DNA of 64,000 nucleotides, from positions 182,937 through 246,936 of the forward strand of contig CAYJVR010000002.1 of assembly GCA_964373715.1 (NCBI GenBank), in the 5' to 3' direction. Positions within the stretch are counted from its first letter, which is position 1; every line of letters starts with the position of its first letter. Position numbers and translations under genes: made by a program. Below are positions 50,733-59,981 of this stretch, one piece after another. Origin of the DNA: an uncultured Planctomycetia bacterium. GTDB taxonomy: Bacteria; Omnitrophota; Gorgyraeia; 1-14-0-20-64-10. A model generated the notes under the pieces. That model was given only the letters and a program-made list of their open reading frames with translations. It did not search any database and had not been told where the DNA came from.

Positions 50733-52322
50733 TTGGAGAGGTTCAGCACAGTGAAAAGCCACGCCCGACTCTATCAGGCCGCTGGCATCATGGGCTTGTT
50801 CACCGCCGTCAGCCGCGTGCTCGGTTTCATTCGGGACTGCCTGATCGCCTCCTTCTACGGCACCTCCATTACCGCCCAGGCTTTTGTCGTCGCGTTCCGC
50901 ATACCGAACCTGTTCAGGGACCTGGCCGGCGAGGGGGCCGCCAACAGCGCTTTCGTTCCCGTTTTAAGCCGGACCCGCGAACTCGAAGGGGAACGGTCAT
51001 GGGTGGATCTGGCCGACGCCATGTGGTGCCGTATCTTTCTCGGGTTTCTGTTTGTTTCGCTGGTTGGCATCGTTGCGGCCCCCGCGCTGGTGACGGTGGT
51101 CGCCCCCGGGTTCCGGGGGGAGCCCGAGTTGATGCGGCACGCTGTTTTGCTGACGAGGATACTGTTCCCGTTCATCGGGCTCGTGGGCATCGCCGCCTTC
51201 TTCATGGGGCTGCTGAACAGCATCCACCATTTCGCGCTGCCGAGCCTCGGCCCGGCGATCCTTAACGTCTGCATGATTGCCGGCATCTACCTATGGAGGC
51301 CGGATGCGCTGGGCCTCTCCTGTGGCGTGATCGTCGGCGGGGTCCTCCAGCTGGCCGTGCAGGTGCCTCTGCTGCGCAGCGCCGGGGTGAAGCTCCATTT
51401 CCGGTGGAAGCGGCATCCGGGGGTCGCCCAGATCCGGCGCCTGCTTGTGCCGCGCCTGCTCGGGACCGGCGTTTACCAGCTCGGCGTTTTGGTGGACACG
51501 GTTTTCGCCTCTTTCCGGACCCTCGTTGGGGAAGGGGGGATCGCCGCCCTTTATTTTGCGTTCCGGTTCCTGCAGCTGCCGATGGCGCTGTTCGGGATAT
51601 CGATGGCGCAGGCGGCCCTTCCGGCGATGGCCAAGCAGGTTGCTTCCGGCGATCTGGATTCGGTGAAAACAACCTGTTTCATGGCGCTGAAATCGGCCCT
51701 TTTTATCGCGATCCCGGCCAGCGCCGGTTTAATCTTCCTGGGCCGCCCGATCATCCAGACGATGCTTGAAAGAGGGGCTTTCACCGCCGAGGCCACCGCG
51801 ACGACGGTGGCAACCCTGCAGTGGTACGCGGTCGGCCTGGCCTCGATGTGCGCGGTGAAGGTGCTGGCCAACACGCTGTACGCGTTTCATGACACCTGGA
51901 CGCCGGTCCGCTCCGCCGCTATGGCGCTGGTCTCGAACATCGTTTTGAACGGCCTTCTCGTCTGGTCGATGAAACTGCCGGGCCTCGCGCTGGCCACATC
52001 GGTCAGCTCAACGGTCAACAGCGTCCAGCTCTATTACGCGGTCCGAAAGAGGGTGGGGCCGTTCGACCACCGGATGCGCTATTGGATCGGGCGCGTGGTT
52101 GTTGCCTCGGTCGCGATGGGGGCGGTTTCCCTCGGGTTTTGGCATTGCGGAACAGGGCCGCTGGGGCTGAAGAACCCTGCTGCGGTTTTCGGGTGGCTTC
52201 TCGCCACGATCGGGGTCGGATTGGTCAGTTTCTTTCTCTTCTGCTTTCTGTTGCGTGTTGAAGAGTCACGGCAGGTGATCGAATGGCTGAAACGCACAAC
52301 GACCGGCTTAAAGAGAAATTAG
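50733..52322 (+). CDS. murJ: Lipid II flippase MurJ (MviN)
   Basis: ITAQAFVVAFRIPNLFRDLAGEGAANSAFVPVLS is the hallmark MurJ N-terminal motif. It is a 14-TM protein of 529 aa. Confidence 0.85.
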   Translation: MERFSTVKSHARLYQAAGIMGLFTAVSRVLGFIRDCLIASFYGTSITAQAFVVAFRIPNLFRDLAGEGAANSAFVPVLSRTRELEGERSWVDLADAMWCRIFLGFLFVSLVGIVAAPALVTVVAPGFRGEPELMRHAVLLTRILFPFIGLVGIAAFFMGLLNSIHHFALPSLGPAILNVCMIAGIYLWRPDALGLSCGVIVGGVLQLAVQVPLLRSAGVKLHFRWKRHPGVAQIRRLLVPRLLGTGVYQLGVLVDTVFASFRTLVGEGGIAALYFAFRFLQLPMALFGISMAQAALPAMAKQVASGDLDSVKTTCFMALKSALFIAIPASAGLIFLGRPIIQTMLERGAFTAEATATTVATLQWYAVGLASMCAVKVLANTLYAFHDTWTPVRSAAMALVSNIVLNGLLVWSMKLPGLALATSVSSTVNSVQLYYAVRKRVGPFDHRMRYWIGRVVVASVAMGAVSLGFWHCGTGPLGLKNPAAVFGWLLATIGVGLVSFFLFCFLLRVEESRQVIEWLKRTTTGLKRN

Positions 52323-53740
52323 AGTCGGTTCCCGACAAACCCGGGGTTTACCTCTATAAGGACTCCCGCGGACAGGTGATCTACGTCGGGAAGGCCCTCT
52401 CCCTGCGCAAACGAGTTTTCAGCTATTTTCAGCCGGGCAGGCCGCTGGATGCCAAGCTCTCGCGGCTTGTGCAGGACATCCGGGACATCGAGTGGATCGT
52501 CACCGGTTCCGAAGCGGAGGCCCTGCTGGTCGAGTCCGGCATGATCAAGGAGGACCAGCCGAAATACAACGCTTTCCTGAAGGACGACAAGTCGTACCCC
52601 TACCTAAAGGTGACCGCGGATGAGAAGTTTCCCCGTCTTTTCATCGGCCGCGGCCCGCACAAGCCTGGTACCCAGGAGATAGGACCGTTCACCAACGCCA
52701 CGCTCCTCAAGCAGGCGTTCAACGCGATCCGTAGAGTCATTCAGTTTCGCACCTGCCGCGTGATGCCGAAAAGAGCCTGCCTCGATTACCACTTGCGCCT
52801 CTGTTCCGCCCCCTGCGAAGGGAAAATCTCCGAGCAGGAATACAGGGAGAACCTTTCCAAAGTGTTCCGCCTCATGGAGGGGAAGAAGGAGGAGGTGATC
52901 CATGATCTGCAGGTCCGGATGAAGGAGGCTTCCGTGCAGAGGAGGTATGAAGAAGCGGCCAAGTTCCGGGACCAGATCGACGGCCTGATCCAGCTTCAGG
53001 TGCGCCGGAGGCAGTTTGTCCCTGCGCAGTCTTTGGCCGAACTGCAGTCGGTGCTCCGGCTGCCGGCCCTTCCTCGCCGGATCGAGGGGTTCGACATTTC
53101 GAACATTTACGGTAAAGAGGCGGTCGGCTCGATGGTCACCTTTGCGGACGGTAAGCCTTTCAAGGACGGCTACAAGAGGTTCAAGATCAAAACCGTCTCC
53201 GGGATTGACGATTACGCGATGATGAAGGAGGTGGTTCGCCGCCGATACGAAAAGATGGGGCGAGGGGCGGGGGGCAGGAGACAGGGGGCAGGGGGCAGGG
53301 GGCAGAAAGAACCTTTGCCGGATTTGGTGGTGATTGACGGGGGGAAAGGCCACCTGGCGGCCGCGGTGGGGGTTCTCAAAGAGCTGAAACTGAACCTGCC
53401 GGCGGTAGGGATCGCCAAGGAGTTCGAGGAGCTTTTCCTGCCGGGGCGAAGCGAACCGATTCTCCTGCCGCCTCAATCGAAGGCGCTTCAGGTGATTCAG
53501 CGGGTTCGGGATGAGGCGCACCGGTTCGCGATCGGGTACCACCGGTTGCTGCGGGGCAAGAAGGCCCTGCTCTCGGTGCTGGATAACATCCCGGGGATCG
53601 GGCCGAGGAGGAAACAGGATCTTCTTGTGCGGTTCGGGTCGGTCGAAATGATGCGCAGTGCGCCGGCGGAGGATTTTATGCAGGTGCGCGGGATCTCCAA
53701 GATGCTTGCCGAGAGAATCCTCAGGGAGCTGAGAAAATGA
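52283..53740 (+). CDS. uvrC: Excinuclease ABC subunit C (short form, with a Gly-rich insert)
   Basis: GIY-YIG N-terminus: PGVYLYKDSRGQVIYVGKALSLRKRVFSYF. UvrBC-interacting and RNase H-like/HhH regions are present. It has a GRGAGGRRQGAGGRGQ insert. 485 aa. Confidence 0.8.
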   Translation: MAETHNDRLKEKLESVPDKPGVYLYKDSRGQVIYVGKALSLRKRVFSYFQPGRPLDAKLSRLVQDIRDIEWIVTGSEAEALLVESGMIKEDQPKYNAFLKDDKSYPYLKVTADEKFPRLFIGRGPHKPGTQEIGPFTNATLLKQAFNAIRRVIQFRTCRVMPKRACLDYHLRLCSAPCEGKISEQEYRENLSKVFRLMEGKKEEVIHDLQVRMKEASVQRRYEEAAKFRDQIDGLIQLQVRRRQFVPAQSLAELQSVLRLPALPRRIEGFDISNIYGKEAVGSMVTFADGKPFKDGYKRFKIKTVSGIDDYAMMKEVVRRRYEKMGRGAGGRRQGAGGRGQKEPLPDLVVIDGGKGHLAAAVGVLKELKLNLPAVGIAKEFEELFLPGRSEPILLPPQSKALQVIQRVRDEAHRFAIGYHRLLRGKKALLSVLDNIPGIGPRRKQDLLVRFGSVEMMRSAPAEDFMQVRGISKMLAERILRELRK

Positions 53741-54033
53741 AAAAGAATTGGCGGACACAGGTGACTCCGTTTCAGAAAAAGGTGTACAAAGCAATTTTGA
53801 GAATCCCGAAAGGGGAGGTGAGAACTTACGCCTGGGTGGCGAAGAGGATCGGCAAGCCGAAGGCGGCCCGCGCGGTCGGGCAGGCGCTGAAAGCGAACCG
53901 CTGGGCGCCGATGATCCCTTGCCATCGGGTGATTGGTTCCAACGGCACGCTCACCGGTTACTCGGCGACCGGCGGGATCATCGCCAAGCGCCGCCTCCTT
54001 GCCCGCGAAGGGGCCTCTTTCCGGAGCAGTTAG
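53737..54033 (+). CDS. Methylated-DNA--protein-cysteine methyltransferase, DNA-binding domain protein (Ogt C-domain only)
   Basis: YAWVAKRIGKPKAARAVGQALKANRWAPMIPCHRVIGSNG shows the PCHRV active-site motif. It is only 98 aa, so the N-terminal domain is absent. Confidence 0.65.
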   Translation: MKKNWRTQVTPFQKKVYKAILRIPKGEVRTYAWVAKRIGKPKAARAVGQALKANRWAPMIPCHRVIGSNGTLTGYSATGGIIAKRRLLAREGASFRSS

Positions 54034-54106
54034 TAGATATATAATTTAAATATTTTCTGACATCCCACCTCCCTACCGGGTATACTCTTTACAAGGTAAA
54101 CCCGGC

Positions 54107-57100
54107 ATGAAACCTACAAAAACAGCTCTCCAAACTGCTCTCGGGCTCTTTCTCTGCCTCGCTCTTGCTCTGCCTGGTTCCTCCTACGCTTTGCGAATCG
54201 AACAGGTCGGAGATAGCTCTTTTGCGCTCAACGGATTGGAGCAGAGACTGAAGCAAGATGCCTTACTGCCCGCCTCCGGGCTAGAAGAGAAATGGAGCTC
54301 TTTCCCCTGGAGGTCACTCGAGGGGAAAACGCTCCGCCAAAAACTTCTTCGGCTGAGACGATTCGCGGATCTTACACAGCGCCGTTTTGCCGAAGAGGCG
54401 GGCATCAGTGTGCATTATTACTTTGCTCTCGAGAAAGGGACGAAGATTCCGTCCCTGCGTATGCGCCGGAGAATAGCCGATTTCTATGTGGAGCGGCAGG
54501 GCGCTCCCCGTTGGGCAATCTATGAACTATTTGAGATCCGGGACCCGGAAGAGATCCTGAAGGGGTTGAAAGGGAAACCGGTTCATGAAGTTGTTCGAGG
54601 GCTGCGTGAATCGGTGGGGGTTTTTAAAGAAGGGGACACGGGTATTGCAAAGATAGTGGGAATGGACAGGCTTGAATACAGGCTTCTCGAGCGGGGTCAA
54701 GTCGCCCCGACAACAAGGCTGCTCCGCAAGCTGATCACCTACTATTCGGAAGAGCACGATTTTCCACCCGATGCTCTCGCAAGGGTTCTTGGGATCAAGT
54801 CCGCGGAGGAAATGCTCGATGGGATAGAAGGGGAAGAGCTTCCCAAGATGATCCGTACACTGCGGGATTTTGCAGGGCTGACTCAAAAAGAGCTGGCAGA
54901 GGCCATCAATGTTTCGGAAGCCACTTATCGGGTCTGGGAGTGGGATGGGGCAGGGCCCCCCTCCTTGGCGAATCGCCGGGCGCTTGCCGGTTACTACGAA
55001 ACCGCGCACGGTTTTCCTCCGGTCCGCATAAGAAGGATTTTTAGAGTGGAGATTCCTGCGGCGGAGGTGATGACGCGGCTGGCCGAGGTTTCGAGCTTTT
55101 CCGACGCGCTGCGGCTTCTTCGGACCTCGCAAGGTTTTCTGCCGGCCCGATTGGCTGAAATCCTCGGGGTTTCAAGGAATACCTACTACAGTTGGGAAGA
55201 GAATAGAGTTATTCCCGGACCTGGCGATCAGGAGAAGATCGCCGCTTATTTCAGCGAAAAATGGGGGTTCCCTTACCGTCATCTCTTGAGTCATTTGACA
55301 GGATTGGCGCATGCCCAGCAACCGATACCGCCAGGAGCCCGCGATGTTCCGATGCTGAACATCACAGTGAACGATCAGCGCTTTCGTGTTCCCGCCGCCG
55401 GTCTCATCGGTTCCCAACCGCTTAATTTCAGGCAACTCTTCAACTTGCTGGTGCGGGAAGATCTGCTCGATTACGAAGATTCTCAAGAGGTCGAGAGCAG
55501 GCGTGTGATTATTGAGCGAGAAATGGAGACCGACGAAGGGACCCAGCCCGTCGTCAAGCTGCTTGGATCGCCGGTGACCACGGATGAGTTGAACCGGTTA
55601 CACGTATTTTCAAAGGTCGAGGATAACGATCAGATTGTTATTTCACCCATCGTGATCAGGAGGGGATGGAAACCGCGACAAACCGAGAATGTCGGGAGCC
55701 TCTTAAACCCAACGCGGGTTGTCCGGCACCCGGATGAGGTGGATATTTGGCTTCTATCAGCGGAGGAAAACGAGGATCCGGTACCGGATGATACCGAAGA
55801 GACAGGTACCCAGCCGCCGTCCGACGCTGGGTTGGAGGAGGAAAAGCAGGAGGCGAGCTGGGCACTTCCGGTGCGTCAGGTTTGGGTTCCACAGTTGAAT
55901 CGACATCTCTACGCGACGGATGAGATTGTCGATGCAGATAACCGCGGGGCTTCCCTTTTTCTAGACTTGATCGCGTCTAATCCCGGAGTGTTTCGAGAAA
56001 AAAGAGTCTTGGAAATCGGGACTGGATCGGGCGTTATCGCGATCGCTTTAGCGCGGGCCGGTGCAATCGTGGTTTCGATCGACATCTTGCCCGAAGCATT
56101 GGAATTAGCGCAGGCCAATCTCGTCGGAGAAACCTCAGAGGTTCAAGGGCGGATAACGCTTAGCCAAAGCAACGTCTATGCCCAGATACGGAAGATTACC
56201 GACAAGCTAGACTTTGATATGGTGGTAACCAACAATCCAATTCAAAATAAAGAGCCCTTGCAAGAGCAGAAAATCACTTATGCCCGCTGGGCGGGGAAAG
56301 GTTTCCAATTTGTTCGAGATGTAGTTGAAGGTTTGCCGGCCGTCTTAAAACCACTAGGGCAAAATCGCGAGCTTTACATTTTAACCTTTGAGGAGTCGGC
56401 GCGCGATGATGCCGGTGATTATCTGGTTCCGTCCCGCCTTCAAGACCTCCTGCTTCCCCATTGGACGCTACAACATACGGGATTGGTCTCAGCCCCGGAG
56501 GGGAGACCGCCAATATCCATTCAGCATGTCTTTGATACAAGAACCCAGGTGGCCACTCTTGAAGTAGGCGGATCGTATCTTCGGGGCGGGGTTTTCGGCC
56601 TTTCCGGAAACCTCATCTATCCAATGCAAACCATCTTTTTGCCCAACGTTCTCCCATACCGCCCCGTATCGAATCGTGAGAATCAAGAACCTCTCCTCCA
56701 ACTGATGGTGAATTCGCTTCAGCAGCTCATGCGACAAGCAGGTGGTGTGGGCGGCATTTCGTTGAGTATGGCGACTGACGTTGATCCATCAGGACGCTTG
56801 ATTCCCAGCGGGGCGGAAAACGTTCCGTTCCCAGAATCCTTCGAGCTTGCCGATCTCCTTGAAAAACGGCTTGGCCCGGATGTCCGCGTTTTGCTTTCCA
56901 ATGACATCGTTTCAGCCGCAACCGCCGAAGGGCTGTCAGGTGCTGGGAAAGGGCTTGATTTTTTTCTTTTCGCCACGGTATCCACGGGACATACCACCGC
57001 TGCAAAGTTTCCGGATGGAAAAATTTCGGATCTGGGAACCTGGAACTATAAAGTGGATCTTAACGACAATGTTCGCGGCGTCAACGCAGCTGGCGTACCG

Positions 57101-58807
57101 GTTACCCTGCTGGCCGCCGGCAATGGGATTGCAGATCTGGCTCGTCAAAACACAGGGCGGCCTGGCTATCCGGAGATTTTGGAAATGGCGGGTGGAGATC
57201 CAAACGCTATTACTGGAAAAACAGTCGGGGAAGCTTTTCTGAAGGGAAATCCTCTCGCAGCAGAGCTTGTTCACCGTTCAACTGCCTTGATTGGGAAGAC
57301 GTTGATGCTGGCTTTACAAAACCTTCGGCAAGAGGGTCGCTTGCAGTCGATCGACCAGTGGAATCAACCTGCAATTCCTATTATTCTCAGTGGTGGCTTT
57401 GCCGCCGGAATAGGCCCTCGTTATGCAGCGGAGGTACAACGGACTATCGATGATCTGGGAGGTCAGACACTCTACGCAAAACCGATCCGAGTCATCCCTC
57501 CTGAATTGGACGCCGATTTGCGCGGACCTGCCGGAGCAGCCATCCATTTTGCTCAACAAAATCTCGCTGGATTGAGAGAAGAAGCTCTCGCTCAAGCAAT
57601 GTCAGAGGAAACGGTACCGGAGAAGCCGGTACGGGGTACCGAAGAGACAGGTACCCAGCCGCTGCCCGACGCAGGGTTGGAGGAGTTCCAGAAGCGGTTG
57701 GTTTTAAGAGAGGAAATAAGGGGGGCCTTTTCTAAGGCGGATGCCTACCACGACGTGTGGAAGCCTTTCGAACAAAAAATCTGGGAACCGTTTAGAAAAA
57801 AGCAGTTCATTACAAACACCTACTATTTCTTTGCGGATGATAAGTTGGGCCTCCCGAAATATCAAGTGCCTTTCAAGGAAGCCTTCTTAAACCTGGCCCT
57901 CCACGGCAATGGAGGATGGGTAGAAATCTACCGGCTTCATCGGGAAGGTCAGGATTCCGACGGGATCGAGTTTGTGCTGAAGGATCACGGCCCGGGCATA
58001 GAAAATCCAAACGTGGTTTTAGAAGCGAGTATTCAAGCGCAAAATGACAAAGCTCAGAAGGGATTGGGTTTTGCGCTTATCTCGATGTTTCCCGATCGAA
58101 TAATCTTTCATTCGAAAGGTGTGCAGTGGGAAAAACGAGAGTTTCCAGATCGGAGATTCCGGCCTGCCGGGCCTTCGGACGTCGCGCAGGGAGACGGAAG
58201 CCGCTGGCATCTGATTTACGAGAAGCTGCCGTATGCGATGAGCCCGCAACAGGCTCCTTGGGGCGCCTGGAAAGCGCCGTTTTCCGGGGAGAGCCCTACC
58301 GGCCAAGAGGGGGATAAGACCGCCGGCATGGAGGAGATACCGTTGGAGAAAGCGATCGATCTCCTCGAGGAGGCGATGCCACAAGGGCCGGGGATTTTGG
58401 TGATTGAGGCCGGGGTGGTCAGCCGGCGGATGGGGCTGGCGGAGTTTGTCGCGCGCGTTCCACGGAGTCTGGGAGACCGGATCGTTCTCTTCGGGCCGGA
58501 GAGCGCGGAGGCCAGGGAGATCGCCGTCCGCAACGGCATCGCCGTGGTGGACAGCGACAAACTGAGCGATCTGATTCTTCAGCTTATGGTTCTTGGAGAT
58601 GAAGCCGACCGGGTTGGCTATCTCGGAGATCCGGAAACCGCCGCGGTGCTTTCCGCCAGGCTGCCCTCTTCCATGGAGGTGACGCCGCTTGATCCTGAGA
58701 CGGCGCTTGACCGGCTCCTGCTTTATCTCGGATTCCCCCAAGGGGTGCTGGAGACGATCGACGCGATGGGGATGGAAGAGCTGTTCGCCCAGGCCCGGGC
58801 GGCGTAA
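54107..58807 (+). CDS. Giant (1566 aa) mosaic protein: signal peptide, four tandem Xre-type HTH modules, a class I SAM methyltransferase, a ROK/BadF-like sugar-kinase fold, an anti-sigma-type GHKL (HATPase_c) kinase domain, and a C-terminal domain
   Basis: Signal peptide MKPTKTALQTALGLFLCLALALPGSSYA|LR. The four HTH repeats are LRRFADLTQRRFAEEAGISVHYYFALEKG, ...DRLEYRLLERGQ, LRDFAGLTQKELAEAINVSEATYRVWEWDG and GFLPARLAEILGVSRNTYYSWEENR, each ending in an aromatic-GFPP/HDFPP motif. The MTase motifs are VLEIGTGSGVIAIALA and VVTNNPI. ROK-like: VRVLLSNDIVSAATAEGLSGAGKGLDFFLFATVSTG. GHKL: NLALHGNGG, LKDHGPGI and KGLGFALIS. There are two copies of a 45-bp linker repeat. Confidence 0.7.
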   Translation: MKPTKTALQTALGLFLCLALALPGSSYALRIEQVGDSSFALNGLEQRLKQDALLPASGLEEKWSSFPWRSLEGKTLRQKLLRLRRFADLTQRRFAEEAGISVHYYFALEKGTKIPSLRMRRRIADFYVERQGAPRWAIYELFEIRDPEEILKGLKGKPVHEVVRGLRESVGVFKEGDTGIAKIVGMDRLEYRLLERGQVAPTTRLLRKLITYYSEEHDFPPDALARVLGIKSAEEMLDGIEGEELPKMIRTLRDFAGLTQKELAEAINVSEATYRVWEWDGAGPPSLANRRALAGYYETAHGFPPVRIRRIFRVEIPAAEVMTRLAEVSSFSDALRLLRTSQGFLPARLAEILGVSRNTYYSWEENRVIPGPGDQEKIAAYFSEKWGFPYRHLLSHLTGLAHAQQPIPPGARDVPMLNITVNDQRFRVPAAGLIGSQPLNFRQLFNLLVREDLLDYEDSQEVESRRVIIEREMETDEGTQPVVKLLGSPVTTDELNRLHVFSKVEDNDQIVISPIVIRRGWKPRQTENVGSLLNPTRVVRHPDEVDIWLLSAEENEDPVPDDTEETGTQPPSDAGLEEEKQEASWALPVRQVWVPQLNRHLYATDEIVDADNRGASLFLDLIASNPGVFREKRVLEIGTGSGVIAIALARAGAIVVSIDILPEALELAQANLVGETSEVQGRITLSQSNVYAQIRKITDKLDFDMVVTNNPIQNKEPLQEQKITYARWAGKGFQFVRDVVEGLPAVLKPLGQNRELYILTFEESARDDAGDYLVPSRLQDLLLPHWTLQHTGLVSAPEGRPPISIQHVFDTRTQVATLEVGGSYLRGGVFGLSGNLIYPMQTIFLPNVLPYRPVSNRENQEPLLQLMVNSLQQLMRQAGGVGGISLSMATDVDPSGRLIPSGAENVPFPESFELADLLEKRLGPDVRVLLSNDIVSAATAEGLSGAGKGLDFFLFATVSTGHTTAAKFPDGKISDLGTWNYKVDLNDNVRGVNAAGVPVTLLAAGNGIADLARQNTGRPGYPEILEMAGGDPNAITGKTVGEAFLKGNPLAAELVHRSTALIGKTLMLALQNLRQEGRLQSIDQWNQPAIPIILSGGFAAGIGPRYAAEVQRTIDDLGGQTLYAKPIRVIPPELDADLRGPAGAAIHFAQQNLAGLREEALAQAMSEETVPEKPVRGTEETGTQPLPDAGLEEFQKRLVLREEIRGAFSKADAYHDVWKPFEQKIWEPFRKKQFITNTYYFFADDKLGLPKYQVPFKEAFLNLALHGNGGWVEIYRLHREGQDSDGIEFVLKDHGPGIENPNVVLEASIQAQNDKAQKGLGFALISMFPDRIIFHSKGVQWEKREFPDRRFRPAGPSDVAQGDGSRWHLIYEKLPYAMSPQQAPWGAWKAPFSGESPTGQEGDKTAGMEEIPLEKAIDLLEEAMPQGPGILVIEAGVVSRRMGLAEFVARVPRSLGDRIVLFGPESAEAREIAVRNGIAVVDSDKLSDLILQLMVLGDEADRVGYLGDPETAAVLSARLPSSMEVTPLDPETALDRLLLYLGFPQGVLETIDAMGMEELFAQARAA
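55796..55840 (+). repeat. 45-bp intragenic linker repeat, copy 1 (encodes EETGTQPPSDAGLEE)
   Basis: gaagagacaggtacccagccgccgtccgacgctgggttggaggag. It is 42/45 identical to the copy at 57641..57685. Both are preceded by a KpnI site (ggtacc). Confidence 0.8.
57641..57685 (+). repeat. 45-bp intragenic linker repeat, copy 2 (encodes EETGTQPLPDAGLEE)
   Basis: gaagagacaggtacccagccgctgcccgacgcagggttggaggag. Confidence 0.8.
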
Positions 58808-58860
58808 CCGGACCCGCACCACCGCTCCTGAAGTTTCCTCCTCGTGGTATACTGACCCGC

Positions 58861-59977
58861 ATGGACGCCGCATTAGGCATTCAATTAGCCACTCTTCGGG
58901 AGAATCTCTCGAAACTGCGGAGGTATCTTTGACCTGGACACCGTCGAGTCCAGGATAAAAACCCTCGAAGCGAACCTCGCCACCCCCGGTTTTTGGGACA
59001 ACCAGACGAAGGCCAACACCACGGTCCAGGAGATGAAGCGGTTGAAGTCGGTGGCGGATCCGTGGGCCGCCGCGTGGGCCGAGGTGGAAACGCTGCAGGA
59101 GTTGGCCTCCCTTGTCGAAGCGTCCGACGCGGCCGGTACCGCCGAATTGAGCCGTTCCGCCGAGGCGCTCGAGAAAAGCGTCGCCGGTTTGGAGAAAAAG
59201 ACCCTCTTTCAGGGGGGAAACGACCCCAATAACGCTATACTCTCGATTGCCGCCGGTGCCGGAGGGACCGAGGCGTGCGATTGGGCCTCGATGCTCTTTA
59301 GGATGTACAGCCGTTGGGCGGAATCGAAAGGGTTCACCGTCGAATCTCTGGACCACCTGGCGGGTGAAGATGCCGGCCTTAAATCGGCGACCGTAATCAT
59401 CAAGGGGGATTACGCGTACGGCCTTCTGCAGGGGGAATCGGGGGTGCACCGGCTGGTCCGGATCTCCCCGTACGATTCCAACAAAAGGAGACATACCTCG
59501 TTCGCCGCGGTCGATGTGGTGCCGGAGATCTCCGAGGATATCCAGGTGGACATCCAGGAGAAGGACCTGCGCGTGGATGTCTACCGCTCGAGCGGGCCCG
59601 GCGGTCAGGGGGTGAACACGACCGATTCGGCGGTCCGGATCACGCACATCCCGACCGGCATTGTGGTGCAGTGCCAGAACGAGCGCTCCCAGCTGAAGAA
59701 TAAAGGCTCTGCGATGAAAGTTCTGCGCGCCAGGCTTTATGAAGCGGAGCGCAAGAGAAGAGAGGATGCGGCGACGAAACAGCACGCCGAGAAACAGAAG
59801 ATCGAATGGGGCAGCCAGATCCGCTCCTACGTGCTGCAGCCTTACCAGATGGTAAAGGACCACAGGACCGACGTGGAAAGCGGCAAGACCGGCGGGATGC
59901 TGGACGGCGATGAGCTGGACCTTTTCCTGGACGCTTATTTGCGCTGGAAGGCGCAGCGGAAGGTGGAGTCGAGATAA
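58861..59977 (+). CDS. prfB: Peptide chain release factor 2 with a programmed +1 ribosomal frameshift
   Basis: Frame 0 (ATG at 58861) reads [23 protein letters not shown] and then hits TGA within the motif ggAGGtatCTTTGAC. That is an SD-like AGG upstream of CUU UGA C, as in E. coli prfB. The +1 frame continues [39 protein letters not shown]... into the 59033 track ORF, which carries the [18 protein letters not shown] and [25 protein letters not shown]2 signatures. Confidence 0.8.
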
Positions 59978-59981
59978 AAGC

